The notes below the pieces were generated by a model, which did not search any database, was not told the DNA's origin, and saw only the letters and a list, made by a program, of their open reading frames with translations. Both the position numbers and the translations under genes were made by a program. Below, in pieces: positions 11,824 through 22,097 of a stretch of 32,000 nucleotides of DNA. Source of the stretch: Candidatus Saccharimonadota bacterium (GTDB lineage Bacteria; Patescibacteriota; Gracilibacteria; Absconditabacterales; Absconditicoccaceae); contig CP006913.1 in NCBI GenBank assembly GCA_000503875.1, forward strand, positions 990,001-1,022,000. Direction: 5' to 3'. Each line of letters starts with the position of its first letter. The stretch's first letter is position 1.

Positions 11824-12327
11824 ATGAAAAAATTACTAGTATTAGCTGTCTTACTTGGAGCAAGTTTCACTACATTAACATTTGCTCAAGAAGAAACTAC
11901 AACAACCACTGGTGAGGGTTCATCAGGAACTGTTATCACTACAACAGGAGACACAACTACAGGAAGTACAGTAACAGGACACAAAGCTAAACGACAAGAA
12001 AAAAGAGCACAACAACTCCAAAAGAAAGAACAAATTATGCAAAAGAAAGCTGTTAAAGTAGGTGCTAGAGCAGAAAGATTAAGAGGTATCATCGCAAAAA
12101 TCAATGATGGATTTCTTAAAAGTCTTTTAACTCAAATTGATCATCTCTTTGCAAAAGCTAAAACTGAAGAATCAAAAGTAATGATTTGAGATATTAAACT
12201 TCTTATTCAAGATAAATTAGGATTGTTATCAGGATCTACAGTTGAAGATCCAACAGGAACTGGTTCTACAGTAACTACTCCAACAGATGACGACGATGAA
12301 GATGAAGACGAAAATGAAGATGACTAA
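11824..12327 (+). CDS. Secreted protein: Thr-rich, central basic coiled region, poly-acidic tail
   Basis: Signal peptide MKKLLVLAVLLGASFTTLTFAQ. One TGA read-through at 12187. Ends ...DDDDEDEDENEDD, TAA 12325-12327. Confidence 0.55.
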
Positions 12328-12347
12328 AAAATTAATATAGAACAAAA

Positions 12348-12376
12348 AGAGGAGCTAAATCGCTCCTCTTTTTTTT
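12348..12376. terminator. Bidirectional rho-independent terminator between convergent genes
   Basis: Stem agaggagc/gctcctct with an A-run upstream and a T-run downstream, so it is usable on both strands. Confidence 0.6.
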
Positions 12377-12387
12377 ATACTCGACCA

Positions 12388-12423
12388 CCCAAAGAATCTG
12401 TATCTATATGCTTTGGGATGTGA
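12388..12423. repeat. Conserved intergenic hairpin element, copy 2
   Basis: cccaaagaatct-N10-gctttgggatgtga. Same 12-nt left arm and 13 of 14 nt of the right arm as copy 1, with a different loop. Confidence 0.5.
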
Positions 12424-12461
12424 GAGAGTATACTAAATCTAATTAAAGTAATTACAGAATT

Positions 12462-13601
12462 CTAAACTGGTTTAGTATAAAATTCTTTTTTCCACTTTTC
12501 CAACATCGTATGTAAGTATGAAATATTATGAAGGCCTAATAAAATTCCACCCAACATTTCACCTTCTCTCATCAAATGATGAATATACGCTCTACTAAAG
12601 TTTTTACACGTATAACACTGACAGGTATCAGTCAGAGGCGCGAAATCTTCTCTATATTGAGCATTAGTTATTTTTATATTTCCATTATCAGAAAATCCAA
12701 TCCCATGTCTTCCTATTCTCGTTGGTTGCACACAATCAAACATATCAAATCCGTTTTCTATGGCATGCAAAATATCTTCTGGAGTTCCAACTCCCATCAA
12801 ATACCTTGGTTTGTCAGAAGGTAACTTATCACCAACATATTCAACCACATCACGAATAAGTTCTTTCGTTTCTCCAACACTCACTCCTCCAACAGCAATT
12901 CCGTCCCAAGCATATTGGCTAAGAAAATCTATAGATTCCTGTCTTAAGTCATGAAAAACACCTCCTTGAACGATAGGAAACAAGACACCACGAGCCTCAT
13001 CATATTTTGGTTTAAAATGATCAAATGCTCTTTTTGCCCAACGATGAGTCATATCCATATGTTTTTTGATAGTAGTTTTATCAGCTCACGAAGGAGAACA
13101 GACATCCAATACCATCATAATATCACTTCCAAAATTACATTGAATATCTACGACATTTTCTGGCGTAAACATATGCTTAGATCCATCTATAGGAGATGCA
13201 AATTTTACACCTTCTTCTCTAAGCTTCATACCAACAACATGACTATTTTGTTCACGATCATTTCTTTTGGATAGTCCCAAACTAAACACCTGAAATCCTC
13301 CACTATCCGTCAAAATAAGTCCATCTCGATGTTCAAAGGTATGAAGTCATCCAGCTTTTTTAATCAATTCATCACCTGGACGAAGATACAAATGAAAAGT
13401 ATTTGCCAAAATTAATTTAATCGTATTTTCATGACCCAGATAATTAGGATCTTTCAGAAGATCTAGAGGAATTCCTTTGATAGTAGCTTTGGTTCCAACA
13501 GGCATAAAAACTGGCGTAGACAAAGTCACTCCATTTAGCGTTATTTGTCCAACCCTCGCTTTTCCTTTTTGCTTCAGAACTTTAAAATCTAATTTTGACA
13601 T
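12462..13601 (-). CDS. tgt: Queuine tRNA-ribosyltransferase
   Basis: Three track ORFs in one frame, joined by TGA at 13347 and 13086. Motifs: [19 protein letters not shown](CGA)[32 protein letters not shown], CxCxxC (CQCYTC) zinc motif. Confidence 0.9.
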
Positions 13602-13618
13602 ATATTAAAAACAATAAA

Positions 13619-14359
13619 TTAAAAAAGTTTTATACTAGAATACCAAGGGTTCCCATCAAGACCCATAAGAGGATCTTGTCCAGCGTCTACGAAATAGAAA
13701 TGATCACTAGAATCTTGGCCAAGGAAAAAGCCAATTCTATCATCTCCTGCATATTTTGAACAGAATTGAGATGGATAACACATACCCTCAATACATTCAG
13801 CTTTTTCATCTAATGGATAATCGATAACAAAAGAACGATATCTTGTATTATTCAAAAATCATTCGTTAGATTGAAGAAAACATTTCTTATCATATTCAGC
13901 CAAAAAAAGTCTTTTAATAGCTTGTTCAACTGTCTCTGTTGATAATTTTTCAAAACGTTCAATATTAGAATACAATTCATCATAATCTGATTGTCAAAAA
14001 AATACCGCACTTCCAGATCTAACCAAAAGATAATACCAATTAGGATAGACTGAAGAATAAACAGAAACAGAAAACTCAAATCAAAGATCCAACGAATGAT
14101 ATGTTTTAAAATAATTTCAAGTACTAAACATATCCTGAGTTTTGATATCAAGGGGTCAAGTAATAACTAGAGAATCAGAAGGTCATATAACATCTCAAGA
14201 AGAAATATACGTAGAAATTTCAGTATTTGTTACATCTGAATATATTAATCATGATTCTGATCCAGAAAGATAAACAGAAGGCTGAGATAATAAATTATTT
14301 TGTCTTCAACATCCTATAAGAAAAAAACAAAGACAAAAGAGAAATAAGAATTTTTTCAT
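13619..14359 (-). CDS. Lipoprotein, unknown function
   Basis: MKKFLFLFCLCFFLIGCG has a lipobox. Frame verified codon by codon from 14359 to TAA 13619-13621 with about 9 TGA. Cys-rich C-terminal domain. Confidence 0.6.
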
Positions 14360-14431
14360 GGAATATAAGAAAAAAATAAATCTGATTTGGACTATACTGT
14401 TTGGATTTTTAAATGCAATATCGTTTAGTAT

Positions 14432-14469
14432 TTTAAAAATAAAAAGACCCTACCAAAATGGCAGGATCT
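14432..14469 (-). terminator. Probable terminator of the 14478..14798 gene
   Basis: On the minus strand, a 10-bp stem (agatcctgcc/ggtagggtct, two G-U pairs) followed by a T-rich run. Confidence 0.45.
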
Positions 14470-14477
14470 CTTACAAA

Positions 14478-14798
14478 TTACTCAAAATACTTCAAGAATG
14501 ATGCATCTCCTTTTATCAAGGAAGCAACATCTTTCCCATCAATATTTTCATAAATAAAAGCTGATGGAATTCTTTTTTTTAGAAGGACCTTATTAACCAC
14601 AGCATTTCTTTCTTGTATATCGTAAGGATAAATGATAAATGAACACTCAGGATAATCTGATGTTAATTTATCGAAAATTTGACGTAATTTATCATCTTTG
14701 AAAGTAGAAAAAAATGCTTTTTTATAAATTTTTTCCTGAGATTTTGGCATATCATCAACAGAGAATACCAAAACAAGAGCACAAGATTTTGTTTCCAT
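14478..14798 (-). CDS. Hypothetical small cytoplasmic protein
   Basis: Intact ORF with genuine TAA stop and no TGA. No motif I recognise. Confidence 0.5.
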   Translation of the reverse strand: METKSCALVLVFSVDDMPKSQEKIYKKAFFSTFKDDKLRQIFDKLTSDYPECSFIIYPYDIQERNAVVNKVLLKKRIPSAFIYENIDGKDVASLIKGDASFLKYFE

Positions 14799-14858
14799 CT
14801 TTTCTAGTTTTTTTGTTTTCGGAAAAATTATAATTATTTAAAATAAAATGTCAAGTAT

Positions 14859-15224
14859 TTATTTCACCATCACTTCAAAACTTTTTAATCCTTCCCGTTT
14901 TTTAGGATCCATACCATGTTTTTCATCAAACATTTCTGTCGCATCTATTCCACAAGAAGCCAAAATAGCTTTATCTCCACCAGGATGTTTACCAATCCAT
15001 GAAGTTAAATCATATACGTTTCCACTAATAACGGTCCAACAACTCGTTGCATCAGCATGACTAGCCACCAAAGACAAGACATCCTGTTCTGCAGAAATTT
15101 TCCCTTGAGGAACTTCCTGAGTTTCAACAGGAGCTTGTTGGGTACATCCAACCAAAAACAACAAACCAAACGCAGACAATACTATTCTCCCTAAAGGGAT
15201 TCACTTTGTTCAGAATTTTTTCAT
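14859..15224 (-). CDS. Lipoprotein with cytochrome b5-like heme/steroid-binding domain
   Basis: Extended upstream through two TGA to ATG 15224: MKKFGTKGIPLGRIVLSAFGLLFLVGCTQQ (lipobox). Domain: VASHADATSCWTVISGNVYDLTSWIGKHPGGDKAILASCGIDATEMF, fitting H...dCW..i.g.VYDvT.....HPGG...i....G.DaT..F. Confidence 0.7.
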
Positions 15225-15355
15225 AAGTATAAAATTACTAAATAAAACAAGTCAGTATACGAAAGAAAAAACAAAATACCAGATATTTTCTTGTTTTCTT
15301 GTTCTAAATAGCTAAAAAAATCCTTACCAAGACATTTATATCTTTAGTATATAGT

Positions 15356-18340
15356 ATGGCAACGCTTAAGGAAATTGGAGAAAAACGACAGAAAAAATGG
15401 AAAGAAAGCAATCTTTACCAAGTCAAAGAAGACAAAAATAAGAAAAAATTTTATGTACTAGAAATGTTTCCATACCCTTCTGGAGCTGGATTACACGTAG
15501 GACATCCAAAAGGATATATCGCTGGAGATGTTTTGGCACGCAAAAAAATGCTAGAAGGTTTTTCTGTTCTTCATCCAATGGGTTTTGACACTTTCGGTCT
15601 TGGAACAGAACAATATGCTATAGACAACAAAATGAAACCACAAGTGGTTGCAGAAAAAAATATAAATACATTTATCAACCAGCTCAAAGATCTAGGATTG
15701 ACCTATGATCGAGATAGATCTTTCAGTACTGCCGACCCTGATTATTACAAACGAACACAACGAATCTTTTTGAAAATGTACACGCATTACTACGATGAAA
15801 AAGAAGCCAAGGCCAAACCTATTACTGAATTAGAAAAACAACTCAAACAACAAAACAAATCTGAATCAGAAATCAAAGATATCATCGACAATCAACGTCT
15901 TGCGTATGTTGATTACAAACCTATCAATCGATGTCCAAAATGTATGACAGGGCTTGCCAACGAAGATCTTGACGATGGAAAATGTGAACGCTGTGGATCA
16001 GAAGTAGAACAAAAACCTATGAGACAACGAGTACTCAGAATTACCAAATATGCAGATAGATTGATTACAGGATTGGACAATTTGAATTGGGACGAATCTA
16101 TGAAAGATCTAGAAAGAAACCGAATTGGAAAATCCGAAGGAACTCAATTTAAGATGAATATCAAAGATTCAAAAGACCTTGCATTCGAAGTCTACACGAC
16201 CCGTGTTGATACCGTTTTTGGTATGTCTTTTGTCGTAATGGCACCAGAACATCCATTAGTAGATCAGATTACAACCAATGAATACAAAGCAAATATAGCT
16301 GCCTACAAAGAACAAGCTAAGTACAAATCTCAACTCGAAAGAACAGAACTTCAAAAAGAAAAAACAGGAGAATTCACGGGCGCATATGCTATCAACCCTT
16401 TCAATGGAGAAGAAATCCCTGTCTACGTTGGAGACTATGTCCTCGCAAATTATGGAACAGGAGTAGTAATGGCAGTCCCTGCACATGATGAAAGAGATTT
16501 TGAGTTTGCTAAGAAATATAATATTCCGATCGTTCATGTTATATGACCATCTTTTGCAAAAAAACACGAATGAGCAGAAGCAAAATTATCAGGATATGGG
16601 ATGATTTACGATGAAAAAGAAAACAAATTTTTAGTATGAAATTCCATTGTAGAAGGAAATAGATCTTTATTACGACTACCATGATGAACTATAGAAAAGT
16701 GAGAAAGTATTATAGAAGGAACGCTTCGCGAAATCATTGAAGAAACTGGCTATACAGATTTGGAATTCGTAAATGAAGTTTGTTGTTGCCAATCTTTTTA
16801 TCATACATGATGATCCAAAAACACACGAAGAGAAAACAATGCTAAATTTTTATTCTTCAAACTCAAATCAGATAAAAGACAAGAAAAAAAATTAACAGAA
16901 CATGAAGAAGACACACCAATAATCAAAGTTTCAATCGAAGAACTATTTGAAAGCACAAAAAACCAACCAGATAAAAAAGATGAATTCAATGGGAAAAAAG
17001 AAAGTGATTTTTTCAAAATAGAAATGCTCCAAAAATATATGACAGGTAATGCTGCTTACACAGAAAAAGGAATCCTCGTAAATTCCTGAAATTTCTCATG
17101 ACTCACTTCTGACGAGGCTATCGCAGCGATGCAAAAACGATTATCAGAAAATAATATTGGCGGAAAGAAATCCAACTTCAAAATCCAAGACCGAGTATTC
17201 TCCCGCCAAAGATATCGAGGAGAACCTTTTCCAGTTATCTTCTGTGATGACTGTGGAATCGTTCCTATGGACGAATCAGACCTTCCTCTTACTCTTCCAG
17301 ACGTCGAGAATTACGCTCCAACAGGAACAGAAGAATGACCGCTTGCTGCCATCGATGAATGGATAAACACTACCTGTCCACACTGTGGAAAACCAGCAAA
17401 AAGAGAATCCAACACGATGCCAGGACGAGCAGGTTCTAGTCGATACCGACTCAGATATATGGACAATAAAAACGATAAAGCACTCGTCAGCCCAGAAAAC
17501 GAAAACTATCGAGGCAATGTTGATGTCTATGTTGGAGGTGCAGAACACGTGACCAGACATATGATTTACGCAAGATTTCGACAAAAATTCTTGTTTGATA
17601 TCGGTATTGTTACCAAAGAAGAACCATTCGAAAAATATCATAAAGTAGGATTGATTATGGCAGAAGACGGTCGTAAGATGTCCAAAAGACGATGAAATGT
17701 CGTACTTCCTGACAGCATTATCGAAGAATTTTGAGCTGATACATTGAGAACCTATGAAATGTTTATGGGACCTTTTGATCAAGCTATTTCTCGAAATACC
17801 AATGGGATGAAAGGAATCAAAAAGTTCTTAGATAAAATTATTGCTCTACAAGACAAAATCAAAGAAGGTGACGAGGACAAAAAGACATTAAGTCTCCTCC
17901 ACCAAACAATCAAAAAGCTTACCGAAGATATCGATGGATTTAAATTCAACACAGCTATCGCTCAGTTGATGATTTTGGTAAACCATCTTACCGATCAACC
18001 ATCACTCACCAAAGAAACATTTCAAAATCTTATTATTCTTATAGCTCCATTCGCTCCGCATCTTGCCGAAGAATTATGGGAAACTTTAGGAAACAATTAT
18101 TCTATTTTCACAACATCTGTTTGGCCTAGTTACAACGAAAACTATTTAGTCGCAGATATGGTTACCTTACCCGTTCAATTCAATGGAAAAATGAGAGGTA
18201 CTCTGGAAATGAGTAAAAATGCAGGGGAGAAAGATGTCCTCGATGCTATCGCAGCAGACACAAAACTCTCCGCCCACCTCCCCACAACTCCAAAGAAAAT
18301 TATCTACATCCCAGGAAAAATCATCAACATCATAATGTAG
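15356..18340 (+). CDS. leuS: Leucyl-tRNA synthetase with an inserted Nudix domain
   Basis: Frame 2 is continuous across four track ORFs. Motifs: HVGH (HIGH), TTRVDTVFG (editing domain), AHDERDFEFAKKY, SRQRY(CGA)GEPFP, VGGAEH, KMSK(R)(CGA)(TGA)NVV. More than 12 CGA codons lie at Trp positions conserved in LeuRS. Confidence 0.93.
16547..17050 (+). other. About 165-aa Nudix hydrolase domain inserted in-frame in LeuRS
   Basis: Lies between ...KYNIPIVHVI and AYTEKGILVNSG (about 14 residues apart in E. coli LeuRS as I recall it). Canonical Nudix box GTIEKGESIIEGTLREIIEETGY at 16685-16753, preceded by LL(CGA)LPG. Confidence 0.75.
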
Positions 18341-18362
18341 CTTTATCCAAAAAAAACTGATA

Positions 18363-19565
18363 ATGTTTTTTAAAAAGATTTGATGATTAGAGGGAAATAT
18401 TTGGAAACATTTTTTTATACTTTTTACAGGTAGAAGAAATTTTATACCTATTTTGAGTATATATTATCTGTCTTTACCAAACACAAAAGCACAAGAGATT
18501 GGTTTCTATACAGCAGTTTGATATGCAATATCTCTCATTTTTCAAATTCCAGCGGGAATATTATGAGATAAATTATGAAATAAAACAATAATTATATTAA
18601 GTAAAATATTTTTGGTTTTATCAAGCTTAATGTTTATTGTTTGAGATAATTTTTGGTATTTTCTTGTAGGATCTATTTTAATGTCATTATGAATGGACGC
18701 CTTTGCTACTTGAAACACATCTGCATTTCTCCACGATACACTAACGGATATGAAAAAAGAATCTTTATTTAAAAAAATATCTTCTTCTATGAAATGACGA
18801 GTGTCATTTTTGAGTATATTTTTTATTGTTGCATTACCATTTTTTACTAAAATAGATTTAGTCCTGCCCTTTAAAATAGGACTAGGCATAGATATAATCT
18901 GATTAATAATAGCTTTTTCTTTGTTTCCAGCAAGATGAAAAGCCGAACATCACGAACCAATAAGTCTTTGAAATATAAAGAAAACATTACAAGAATCTAA
19001 ATGATCATGATTAATTCCTGTATTAACATTTTCAGCTATAGTATGAGCTTTTTTAATAGTAGATTGATCTTTTAGAAGCCCATACCTAGAAAGTTTAGGC
19101 TATCCAATAATATATATCTGATTTGTTATGTGATTATCAAGATTGGTTTGGTTTGTTGTAGGAAAATATGCACACAGAATAGAAAACTTCATACCATTCA
19201 AAAAAATGATGTTGATAGAAACATTTTTATTTTCTCTGTACTATATTAGTGCATCATTTATAAACGATCCTTATATTGTATGAATAATATTTTCATTAGT
19301 GGTTTGATATTTTCGAGGAAGAGCTGACATCTATACTGATCATATAATCAATCTAATACCAGGTCAAAAATATAAATCAACAATTCTTTCTATAAGAGGG
19401 CAAATAGCCGGTATAATTCAGATAATATTAATGACAATTGTTGGTCTTGTTATGAGCGTTTCTTATAAGTTATGATTTTTTATAATGTGAATATTATTAT
19501 TTATTCTTTTAATGAGTATATATTTGTTTTTTATAAAAGAGAATAAAATAAAAAATCAATTTTAG
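18363..19565 (+). CDS. MFS-type transporter
   Basis: Absent from the track (about 25 in-frame TGA; all 401 codons checked, no TAA/TAG before TAG 19563). About 12 hydrophobic segments and the MFS loop motif GILGDKLGNKT after TM2. Confidence 0.7.
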
Positions 19566-19579
19566 CTTTATATTTCGCT

Positions 19580-19804
19580 ATGAATACTAAAAATAAAGAC
19601 CAAGAAAAAATCACTTATCTCCACGAACTTAATTTCTGCTTACAACTCCGAGAAAAAGAATGAGGATGTACTTTTTGATGAAAAACAAAATGCGAACAAT
19701 GCGCAGTACCTTATCTTTTACGAAAACTTATTTCCTGAGAGGTTTTACATGGAGAAATGAAGAGATTAACGCTTCAAGATTGGAAAGAGAAAATAGAAAA
19801 ATAA
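19580..19804 (+). CDS. Small Cys-rich protein (C-x9-C-x7-C-x2-C), unknown function
   Basis: MNTKNKDQEKITYLHELNFCLQL(CGA)EKEGGCTFGGKTKCEQCAVPYLL(CGA)KLISGEVLHGEMKRLTLQDWKEKIEK. Looks more protein-like than the overlapping track ORF 19660..19863. Confidence 0.4.
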
Positions 19805-19859
19805 TAGATTTCTTTTCCAAAGTAAATCCTTATAATAAAAACAACCAAAAAAACAAAAA

Positions 19860-20117
19860 ATGAAAAGAAAAATATATTTCATTCTAACCATTTTTTTTAT
19901 TCTCACACATACCACAAGTTGTTCAAAAACTATATTTGGACCACATTACAAAAGTATAGCGTATGCGCAACAAAAACCATTTTCAAAGAGAATAAAAAAG
20001 ATAAAGTACAAAGTAGTCAAAATAGAAATCAAAAAAAGATTTCTTTTAAGAGACAAAATGACCATAAAGGAGTATTCTTCCAGAAAACATCCTGTAGGGA
20101 ATATTCCTTGCAAATAG
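19860..20117 (+). CDS. Possible small, very basic lipoprotein
   Basis: Intact ORF with hydrophobic N-terminus ...ILTHTTSC. Low complexity and Lys-rich, so the coding status is uncertain. Confidence 0.3.
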   Translation: MKRKIYFILTIFFILTHTTSCSKTIFGPHYKSIAYAQQKPFSKRIKKIKYKVVKIEIKKRFLLRDKMTIKEYSSRKHPVGNIPCK

Positions 20118-20145
20118 CTGTTAGAAATTATTTTATGAAAAAGAA

Positions 20146-20169
20146 AAAGAGGGGAATATTCCCCTCTTT
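20146..20169. terminator. Bidirectional terminator hairpin between convergent genes
   Basis: Perfect palindrome aaagagggga-atat-tcccctcttt, directly abutting the kinase stop codon. Confidence 0.55.
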
Positions 20170-20170
20170 A

Positions 20171-21892
20171 TTATAAAAAACCTTTAATTTGTTCTAGCAA
20201 TTTGTGCTGTTTTATTGGTTTGGCAATATAACCAACACAACCTGCCTTTAAAGCTGCTTGTTCAGTTCCATTCACAAAAGCCGTTTGCAAAATAATTAGT
20301 GAATCCGGCTTATGTTGAAGAATTTCTTTTGTGGCTTTTATTCCAGCCTCAGAATCTCCTTGCATTTTACAATCCATAAGAATCAAATCTATTTTTTGGT
20401 CAGACAATACAAGACTTATTACATCTTTAGTATTCTTAACAAACAATAGTTTTGCTTTAGTGGATTCTAACATAGTTTTTAACAACAATAGATTAATTTC
20501 TTCATCATCAACAATAAGAATTGTTTTGCCTATAAAATCAAAATCTAAACTCTTCTGTTCATAATGATTATTTACAGACAATAGTTTTGGAATTTTAATA
20601 GGACGATAAGGTACTTTGAAACGAAATACGCTTCCAGAAGGAATATTGTCTTCTATCCAGATCTCTCCTCCCATTTGACCTACAAGGCTTTTGCAAATAG
20701 AAAGACCTAATCCTTGTCCATGCTCTAATAGCCTATCATCCATAATACGATAAAATTTCTCAAAAACCATTTCCTTGTATTCTTGACTAATACCATCTCC
20801 TGTATCCCTAACTTCAAATTCTAAAAAATTATTTGAAACACTATAGCCAAAGGTTATTTTCCCCTGTTTTGTATATTTTATGGCATTAGTAAGTAAATTA
20901 TCAATAATTTGTTGAATTCGTTTGGGATCCAAAAGAGCTTTCACATCAGGATTATTATCATGCAAAACAAAATCAATTGCTTCTAATTTTTCCGATGGAA
21001 AAGTTTCCCTAAAATTTACAAATATACTTTGAAAAAGTATATGTAAATCAACTTCTTTAATATTCAATTCAACATTACCAGATTCAATTCTAGCAATATC
21101 AAGGATCTCATCAATCAAATTTAACAATTTCTGACCATTTGATCCAATTATTTCACAGTGATGCCGAACCTTAGGATCTTCATTGTGATATAATAATCCT
21201 GCGAATCCCATAATAGCATTCATGGGTGTTCTGATTTCATGAGACAAATTAGCTAGAAATTCGGACTTCAAATTATTCGCTTTTTCAGCATCTTGTTTTG
21301 CCTGAAGAAGTTCGATTTCCAAGCCAATCATGATTGATACATGTTTCAAGATAAGTAAATCAAGTTGTGAATAAGTTGATTCATTTTCATAATTTTGAAT
21401 AGCAACTATCCCAATAGACTTCTTTTCTGAGGTAAACAATGGCGCAGCCATCCATATAGCTAGAGGGTGACCTACTTGTTTAACCTCACCTAATTCAACG
21501 AGATCTTTAAAGATTTGCTTATCTATCAAACAAGATTCTCCTTTTCTTCTAACATAATCAGTTAATGAACCTTCCAGTGATAAATAAGCGCCATCATCAA
21601 CTTTATCATATTTATCTACATGATAAGGAAAATAAAATTCTTGCCTATGATAATCATATAATGCTATATAAAAATTTTCACATGCAACAATTTTCATTAG
21701 CTCTTGATGTATAATCTTACAAAATTCAGTAAGACTAGAGACCCTATTAACACTCTTTGTAATTTTATAAGAAAATTCTTCCATCTTTTTTGAATAAGAA
21801 ATTTTTTCTTTTAAAATCACATTTTTCTCCCTCAATTCACTAACTTCCGATTTTAAACGAAGAATTTCTTCGTCATCTTCTGATTTTCCCAT
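20171..21892 (-). CDS. Cytoplasmic hybrid sensor histidine kinase (coiled coil-GAF-HisKA-HATPase_c-REC)
   Basis: Uninterrupted 573-aa ORF even in the standard code. H-box [12 protein letters not shown]-box [11 protein letters not shown]-boxes DTGDGIS and GQGLGLSI, C-terminal receiver ILIVDDEE...LILMDCKM...AKP. No TM segment. Confidence 0.9.
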   Translation of the reverse strand: MGKSEDDEEILRLKSEVSELREKNVILKEKISYSKKMEEFSYKITKSVNRVSSLTEFCKIIHQELMKIVACENFYIALYDYHRQEFYFPYHVDKYDKVDDGAYLSLEGSLTDYVRRKGESCLIDKQIFKDLVELGEVKQVGHPLAIWMAAPLFTSEKKSIGIVAIQNYENESTYSQLDLLILKHVSIMIGLEIELLQAKQDAEKANNLKSEFLANLSHEIRTPMNAIMGFAGLLYHNEDPKVRHHCEIIGSNGQKLLNLIDEILDIARIESGNVELNIKEVDLHILFQSIFVNFRETFPSEKLEAIDFVLHDNNPDVKALLDPKRIQQIIDNLLTNAIKYTKQGKITFGYSVSNNFLEFEVRDTGDGISQEYKEMVFEKFYRIMDDRLLEHGQGLGLSICKSLVGQMGGEIWIEDNIPSGSVFRFKVPYRPIKIPKLLSVNNHYEQKSLDFDFIGKTILIVDDEEINLLLLKTMLESTKAKLLFVKNTKDVISLVLSDQKIDLILMDCKMQGDSEAGIKATKEILQHKPDSLIILQTAFVNGTEQAALKAGCVGYIAKPIKQHKLLEQIKGFL

Positions 21893-22027
21893 ATATTTAT
21901 GTTTTAGTTTTTATTCATTTTTGTTTTCTACTAGACACAATCGATATAGATTAGACGATAAAAGTCAAATAGTTATATATTTATATGAACCATAAGAGAA
22001 ATTTTTATACTTTTCTAAAAAAAGTAC

Positions 22028-22055
22028 TTGCATTTAAAAAATTTCTGACTATACT
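22028..22055 (+). promoter_or_regulatory. Putative sigma-70-type promoter of the csoR-cop operon
   Basis: TTGCAT (22028-22033), 16-nt spacer, TATACT (22050-22055), 42 nt upstream of the csoR ATG. Confidence 0.45.
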
Positions 22056-22056
22056 A

Positions 22057-22075
22057 CCTATACCATAGGTATAGG
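22057..22075. promoter_or_regulatory. Putative CsoR operator
   Basis: Perfect 8-3-8 inverted repeat cctatacc-ata-ggtatagg starting 2 nt after the -10 box. The TACC...GGTA core resembles described CsoR operators. Confidence 0.5.
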
Positions 22076-22097
22076 ATTTTATGTACTCACCAATCAT

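Noticed and set aside
15225-15355. A T-box or other leader upstream of leuS; there is a ttcttgtt direct repeat.
   Set aside because: No T-box consensus or specifier-loop architecture is visible in 130 nt, and the repeat is short and AT-rich.
15356-18340. leuS, copA, the P2 ATPase, tgt, the RelA/SpoT gene and others appear split into 2-8 ORFs, suggesting pseudogenes or frameshifts.
   Set aside because: All breaks are TGA in a single continuous frame and fall at conserved Gly positions. No TAA/TAG and no frame change is needed. It is a genetic-code artefact, not decay.
19660-20176. Track ORFs 19660..19863 and 19919..20176 as genes.
   Set aside because: They overlap more protein-like reading frames (19580..19804 and 19860..20117) and are Lys/Asn-rich low-complexity translations. 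Only the alternatives are reported, at low confidence.
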